From positions 1,216,001-1,280,000 of the forward strand of contig CP067995.1 of the NCBI GenBank assembly GCA_045159875.1: a stretch of DNA of 64,000 bases, given 5' to 3'. The stretch is from a cyanobacterium endosymbiont of Rhopalodia gibba. Its GTDB lineage: Bacteria > Cyanobacteriota > Cyanobacteriia > Cyanobacteriales > Microcystaceae. Below are positions 58,801-64,000 of this stretch, piece after piece (position 1 is the first letter of the stretch; each line of letters starts with the position of its first letter). Position numbers and translations under genes: made by a program. The notes below the pieces were generated by a model that saw only the letters and a program-made list of their open reading frames with translations, was not told the origin of the DNA and did not search any database.

Positions 58801-59166
58801 ATGGAATTCATTGAAATAACTAAAATTAGGTCCTACGGCTACACGGGATATCTGCCAGAAGAACAGGTATTAGGTCAGTGGTTTGAAGTTGATCTAATCA
58901 TAGGACTTGATCTAACCTCCGCCGGAAACAGCGATCGAATTAAAGACACATTGGATTATCGTCAAGTGATTGCCATAGTTAAACGTCTCATTGTTACCCA
59001 AAAATTTGCCCTGGTTGAAAAACTGGCTGAAGTGATCGCTCAAGAAATATTAATCTTGAACAAGGTTCAACAGGTTAGAGTTCGTTTGAGTAAACTAGCG
59101 GCCCCTATTGCTGATTATAGAGGAAAGATTACCATTGATATAACAAAAAAACGAGAAAACTTCTAA
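58801..59166 (+). CDS. folB: Dihydroneopterin aldolase
   Basis: YGYTGYLPEEQVLGQWFEVDL, SDRIKDTLDY, FALVEKLA. Confidence 0.93.
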   Translation: MEFIEITKIRSYGYTGYLPEEQVLGQWFEVDLIIGLDLTSAGNSDRIKDTLDYRQVIAIVKRLIVTQKFALVEKLAEVIAQEILILNKVQQVRVRLSKLAAPIADYRGKITIDITKKRENF

Positions 59167-59743
59167 ATTTTGACCTTGGTTAGTAAGGCCAAGTATAAAT
59201 ATCGAGTTTAATCATAAATCTGCAAAAATATTGGTCTTTAGGGAAAAAGTCAATGGCACAATAGCCATATTTTTCTGTCCAAAAATGTCTAATTATGTCA
59301 AAAATTACAACAATTTTTCAGAAGGAGATTCAATAAATTTCTAATAAACTACTGAGTTTTTGTCAATATGAGGATAATCTCCTGAACTTTCAACCAGATG
59401 CAGTGACAACAAGACCTGTAATGTTAATAACAAGGGACTATAAAAAATAGGTTAGTTCTACTCTCAATAGTAATTTGAAATATTTTCTCTTTTAAATAAC
59501 TTTCTACACTATTGGAAGACAATGACCTAGAAAGTTAAGGTCTGGGAATTCAAACAAGTTGGAATGACTATGTGGCAATATTTCAATCAGTTGTCTTTTG
59601 AGCATAAAACATCAACGGTCTGGAGACTTATTTGTTTCTGATATTCCTAGAAAATCTTCTTACTAAAAAAATGTTTAAAAAACATAGCTCATCTCTGGAG
59701 AGATTATACTCAATAAAGAGTTTTCTTTAGATAGAGTTCTTGT

Positions 59744-60358
59744 ATGAGTGTTGAGTCTGAAATTAGACGATTATTGGATCTTATGCCAGCTTCTGGGCGA
59801 ATGTTAACCAAAATTATTAGCAAACCTCAACAGTCAAAGGTAATTGATGCGCCATTTTCTCCTCCCTGGAATCGAAATAGCCGTCCCATATATATTAACT
59901 TTGATTTATGGTGGCAATTACCAAAAGGACAACGAGATTTACTACTTTTAAGAGCAACTGCCAGTTTAATTGGAATTAAATGGCTTAAGCCTAATTTATA
60001 TCAAGGAATCACCGCAGCCGGATTAGTAGGACTGACAGTTCAAACGGCTCAAGGGGATATTTTAGGAATGATAGCTTCTGGAGGATTAACCGCGATCTCC
60101 ACCTACCAAATTTGGCGTAGTAATCTAAGTGTGCAACGGGAACTCGATGCTGATGAAGAAGCCATTAAAGTTGCTTTTAGACGAGGATATAATTCAGTGG
60201 AAGCCTCAAAAAATCTCCTTGACGGGATTGAAGTATCTTCCCAATTAGAAGGGCGTTTTAGTCTCAGTTTTACGGAGTTAATTCGTTGCCAAAATCTCAA
60301 AAAACTCGCAAATATCTCCCCGATTGGCGTTCCTGATATAGTAAAAGCAAGAGAATGA
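59744..60358 (+). CDS. DUF3318 family protein
   Basis: EIRRLLDLMPASGRM, INFDLW, QRDLLLLR, ELDADEEAI..RRGY, ELIRCQNL. Confidence 0.8.
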   Translation: MSVESEIRRLLDLMPASGRMLTKIISKPQQSKVIDAPFSPPWNRNSRPIYINFDLWWQLPKGQRDLLLLRATASLIGIKWLKPNLYQGITAAGLVGLTVQTAQGDILGMIASGGLTAISTYQIWRSNLSVQRELDADEEAIKVAFRRGYNSVEASKNLLDGIEVSSQLEGRFSLSFTELIRCQNLKKLANISPIGVPDIVKARE

Positions 60359-60719
60359 TTAGTTACAATCAATTGCTCCATATATAAATTGAGGCTACTC
60401 AATTGAGCAGATAATTTTGTTTAAGACTTGATAATAAACTAAGCTTTATTTTACTAGGTCTAGAAACTTTTACCTCGGTTTTCTTTGACTGAATCATTGC
60501 GAGTCAATTAGTATTGCATTCTGATAATTAGATGAAAAATTACTAAAATACTTTAAAAAATATAAAACTGTATATTTTCACTGAAAACTTTAATTATGAA
60601 AATTTAATAACAAAAAAGTTTTTTATGAAACTAATTCTAAAGATTAACTAGTTTTACATCGATCATTAATTAAGATTAATAAGTTATATTGATAAAATCA
60701 CGTTATTAAGTAACTGTTA

Positions 60720-60884
60720 ATGAATTCAGGAAAAATCGTCGCTATTATCACAGGAGCAGTTTCTATTCTTTTAGCGATTGCTTATCTTATCCTAGTACAA
60801 TTACTAGACATCAGAGGAGAAATGATTCCCGTCTCAAGCTTCAATAATCAACAGATATCAATTTATAAAATTGTCAGTAATTAG
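60720..60884 (+). CDS. 54-aa single-TM conserved cyanobacterial small protein (below ORF-track cutoff)
   Basis: MNSGKIVAIITGAVSILLAIAYLILVQLLDIRGEMIP...; intact ATG to TAG. Confidence 0.65.
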   Translation: MNSGKIVAIITGAVSILLAIAYLILVQLLDIRGEMIPVSSFNNQQISIYKIVSN

Positions 60885-61035
60885 ATCAATAATTTTGAAG
60901 TTTTGGATGAACAAGCTAGAATTATTTAGTAGTTATTAGATAGACTAAGTTAAAGTAATAGAAAACTATCTATCTAAGAAAATACCACCGATAATTCCTA
61001 GAATTATCGAAAATTATCCAATGATAAGGATTTGA

Positions 61036-64000
61036 ATGATTCCCCTTGAACTTACCCTAAAAAACTTTCTTAGCTATCGAGAAGCCACTCTAGATTTTCG
61101 AGGGTTACATACAGCCTGTATCTGTGGTGCAAATGGCGCAGGAAAATCATCTTTACTCGAAGCAATTATCTGGGTTATTTGGGGTAAAAGTCGCGCCGTA
61201 ATTGATGATGATGTTATTTATACAGGATGTAACTATGTGCGAGTTGATTTTCAATTTATTAGTAATCAAGAAGTTTATCGAATCATCCGTAATCGTAATC
61301 GAGGACGTAGTAGTGAGCTAGAATTTCAGATAAAAAGTTCAGGAGAATTTCGTTCATTGACTAGCAAAAGAACACGAGCTACTCAAGAAAAAGTAGTTTC
61401 CTCCTTAAAACTGGATTATGAAACGTTTATTAATTCAGCATATTTACGTCAAGGAAGAGCTGATGAATTTATGCTACGTCGTCCAACAGAACGGAAACAA
61501 ATATTAGCAGATTTATTAAAACTGGAACAGTATCAAGAATTATCTAATCGAGCTAAGGATATATCTAAACAATATCAGGGACAAGCTCAACAAATTGAAT
61601 TTAGTCTAGTACCTATAAAAGAAAACCTAGAAAAGAGAAAAGATATTAAAGAACAACAAGTAATTCTAGCAGAACGAATACAAAAACTTAAATTTAATCA
61701 AGAAAATCAAAAAATTGAGCTTCAGCAACTTCAAGGAGAAGAACAGCAGAGAAAAACTTGGTCTAACCAATTAGATTGGAAAGAACAACAATATAAGAAA
61801 CTAGCAGAAGACAAACAAAGATTGCAAAAGGAAAAGGATGAAATTAATCAACAACTGTATCGTCTTATAACAATTACCAATCAAGAAGATAATATTATTG
61901 AAGGTTATCAGCAATTATCAGAATTACAAAAAGAAGAAAAAAGTTTATCTCTTAAGTTTGAAGTTCATCAAGATAAAACTAAAAGACAACAATTGTTAAT
62001 CCACAAGCTAAATAAAAAACATAATGTAATTGAGTTACAAATTCATCAAGCCCAAACTCAATTAGATATATTAGAGCAAGAGGAAAAAGAACTGCAGTAT
62101 ATTCTGAAGAATTCTGATGAAGTCAAAACTACTTTACAACATCTATATAATCATCGTAGACACTTATATGAATTAGATAAGTTACAGCATAAAGTTGCAA
62201 CAATTAAACAAAAATACTACAATTTACAATCTGAAATTGAACAAGTTAAGGCTAGTTTAAAAGCCCAGCTAGAACAGCTTTATATTGCTGAAACTGATTG
62301 TTTAAATCAAGTCGAGAAGATTCCCGAAATACGGAAATCTTCATTAGAAATTTATACTAAGATACAAAATCTTAATAATAAAAAAGTTTATCAAAAACAA
62401 GTGGAAGAAAAAGGTCAACAACAAAGGGAGTATCAAGAAAGGCTCAGGGAAAATCAGCGTATTCTAAAAGAAAAAATCGAAAAATTAAAACAAAAACTAC
62501 AAAAACTAACCCTCCCAAATTCAACTTGTCCTCTATGTGAACAACCATTAAATGAAACTCATCTTAATCATGTCATTAGTAAAACTCAATTACAAGAACA
62601 AGAAATTAAAGATAAAGTTTTTATATTACAGGAACATATATCCCTTGTAGAAAAAGAATTAAAAACACTGCGAGAAGAATATATTCAATTAAATAAAGAC
62701 TTAGCTGCTTATCCTTTATTACAGAAAAAGTTTGGACAATTAGAAGCACAACTAGAAACTGTTGAAGCAGTCAATTTTAAACTTAAACAAGTTAGAGATA
62801 AAATCAAAGAAATTGAACAAATATTAACCCAAAATAACTATGCTGTAGATTTACAATCTGAACTTAATACTCTAAATCAAGAATTAAAACATCTTAATTA
62901 TGACGAGCAAACCCATGCTTTAGTTAGAGGAGAAATCGAACGATTGCGTAATGCAGAAGTTAGACAAGCTAAACTAGAAGATGCAAATCGCCGTCAGTTA
63001 ATTATTTCACAACAAAAACCCCAACTTATTCAAAAAATATCTGTTCTTAAGCAAGATATCAAAGACTTGTATCAAACCTCAAAAATCAAACAGGAAATTG
63101 AGGAAATAGAACAATCAATTCAAAATTTAGGCTATAAAAATTCGGATCACCAGAAATTACTAAAGTCTCTTCGCGAGTCCCAGTCTTGGGAACTAAAATT
63201 ACAAGAATTGCAACAAGCAAAACAACAATATCCCCAATTACAAAAACGGTTAGAAATTGTAGAAATACGATTAAGCGATAACCTAACTGAACAGGAGAAA
63301 ATTAAACAAGAAATTGATATCTTATCTTTTAAGATAAAAACTACAGTGGATAAAAGAGAAGTAATTGCTGCTCTAGAAAAAAGTATTCAAAGTCAACGAC
63401 AAAAATTAGATGAGTTATTAGCAAACCGAGGAAAATTAGAACAATCTATTTCTCAATTAGAAAGCGTTAAACAACAATATACTGATAATAAAAAACAGCT
63501 TAAAGATATTCAGAGGAAATATCGTGTTTACACAGAATTAACTAGAGCGTTTGGAAAAAACGGCATCCAAGCACTAATGATTGAAAATATTTTACCTCAA
63601 TTGGAAGCTGAAACTAATCAAATTCTTGCTCGATTAACGGATAATCAACTTCATATTCAATTCTTTACTCAAAGACAAGGACGTAGTGGTAGTTCTCGAA
63701 AGAGAACTACAAAAGTTATTGACACTTTAGACATTTTAATTTCTGATTCTCAAGGAACTCGTTCATATGAAACTTATTCTGGTGGAGAGGCATTTAGAAT
63801 TAATTTTTCTATTCGTTTAGCTTTAGCGAAATTACTAGCACAACAGGCAGGAACTTCTCTACAGATGCTCATCATTGATGAAGGATTTGGAACCCAAGAC
63901 GCTCAAGGTTGTGAGCAATTAATCGCTGCAATTAATGCTATTGCTTCAGACTTTTCTTGTATTTTAATTGTCACTCACATGTCACGATTTAAAGAAGCTT
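61036..64000 (+). CDS. sbcC: SbcC/Rad50-like SMC ATPase, partial (runs off window end)
   Basis: LKNFLSY, GANGAGKSSLLEAI, SAYLRQGRADEF, zinc hook CPLC, YSGGEAFR and IIDEGFGTQD all in the same frame; absent from the ORF track because there is no stop in the window. Confidence 0.93.
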   Translation, partial: MIPLELTLKNFLSYREATLDFRGLHTACICGANGAGKSSLLEAIIWVIWGKSRAVIDDDVIYTGCNYVRVDFQFISNQEVYRIIRNRNRGRSSELEFQIKSSGEFRSLTSKRTRATQEKVVSSLKLDYETFINSAYLRQGRADEFMLRRPTERKQILADLLKLEQYQELSNRAKDISKQYQGQAQQIEFSLVPIKENLEKRKDIKEQQVILAERIQKLKFNQENQKIELQQLQGEEQQRKTWSNQLDWKEQQYKKLAEDKQRLQKEKDEINQQLYRLITITNQEDNIIEGYQQLSELQKEEKSLSLKFEVHQDKTKRQQLLIHKLNKKHNVIELQIHQAQTQLDILEQEEKELQYILKNSDEVKTTLQHLYNHRRHLYELDKLQHKVATIKQKYYNLQSEIEQVKASLKAQLEQLYIAETDCLNQVEKIPEIRKSSLEIYTKIQNLNNKKVYQKQVEEKGQQQREYQERLRENQRILKEKIEKLKQKLQKLTLPNSTCPLCEQPLNETHLNHVISKTQLQEQEIKDKVFILQEHISLVEKELKTLREEYIQLNKDLAAYPLLQKKFGQLEAQLETVEAVNFKLKQVRDKIKEIEQILTQNNYAVDLQSELNTLNQELKHLNYDEQTHALVRGEIERLRNAEVRQAKLEDANRRQLIISQQKPQLIQKISVLKQDIKDLYQTSKIKQEIEEIEQSIQNLGYKNSDHQKLLKSLRESQSWELKLQELQQAKQQYPQLQKRLEIVEIRLSDNLTEQEKIKQEIDILSFKIKTTVDKREVIAALEKSIQSQRQKLDELLANRGKLEQSISQLESVKQQYTDNKKQLKDIQRKYRVYTELTRAFGKNGIQALMIENILPQLEAETNQILARLTDNQLHIQFFTQRQGRSGSSRKRTTKVIDTLDILISDSQGTRSYETYSGGEAFRINFSIRLALAKLLAQQAGTSLQMLIIDEGFGTQDAQGCEQLIAAINAIASDFSCILIVTHMSRFKEA

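Noticed and set aside
59230..59450. Possible speD relic on the minus strand (HFWTEKYGYCAIDFF)
   Set aside because: A single short motif resemblance only; needs tBLASTn.
1..64000. tRNA, rRNA, CRISPR array or defence island
   Set aside because: No cloverleaf with T-arm context, no rRNA-like tract and no regularly spaced direct repeats seen by eye; the HNH gene has no cas, methylase or RT neighbours.

Overview
AT-rich cyanobacterial chromosome segment of the Cyanothece/Crocosphaera type, showing strong reductive evolution. Summing the intact CDS lengths by hand gives about 33 kb of 64 kb; the rest is long AT-rich spacer, much of which I can read as decayed genes. Intact genes include an HpnB-like glycosyltransferase, a folate/biopterin transporter, fabI, ntcA, folC, a speE-like gene, glyA, cysE, maf, an adenosine deaminase, thiL, iscA-rpsL-rpsG-fusA-tuf-rpsJ, pgsA, folB and sbcC (runs off the window end). 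Hand translation recovers pseudogenes absent from the ORF track: ureidoglycolate lyase, alanine/serine:glyoxylate aminotransferase, SOUL haem-binding protein, the cph1-rcp1 phytochrome pair, carotenoid oxygenase, peroxiredoxin Q, FHA-adenylate cyclase (cya1), DUF3120 and Hsp33, plus IS630 and IS982 relics. This loss of light, photorespiration, redox and cAMP functions with NtcA and housekeeping genes kept best fits a non-photosynthetic endosymbiont such as a rhopalodiacean diatom spheroid body (inference). The most unusual structural signal is a set of unrelated perfect 12-20 bp inverted repeats inside decaying DNA, suggesting template-switch mutagenesis. I found no tRNA, rRNA or CRISPR array and no clearly novel multi-gene system. 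Family assignments are from recalled motifs, not database searches, and pseudogene boundaries are approximate.
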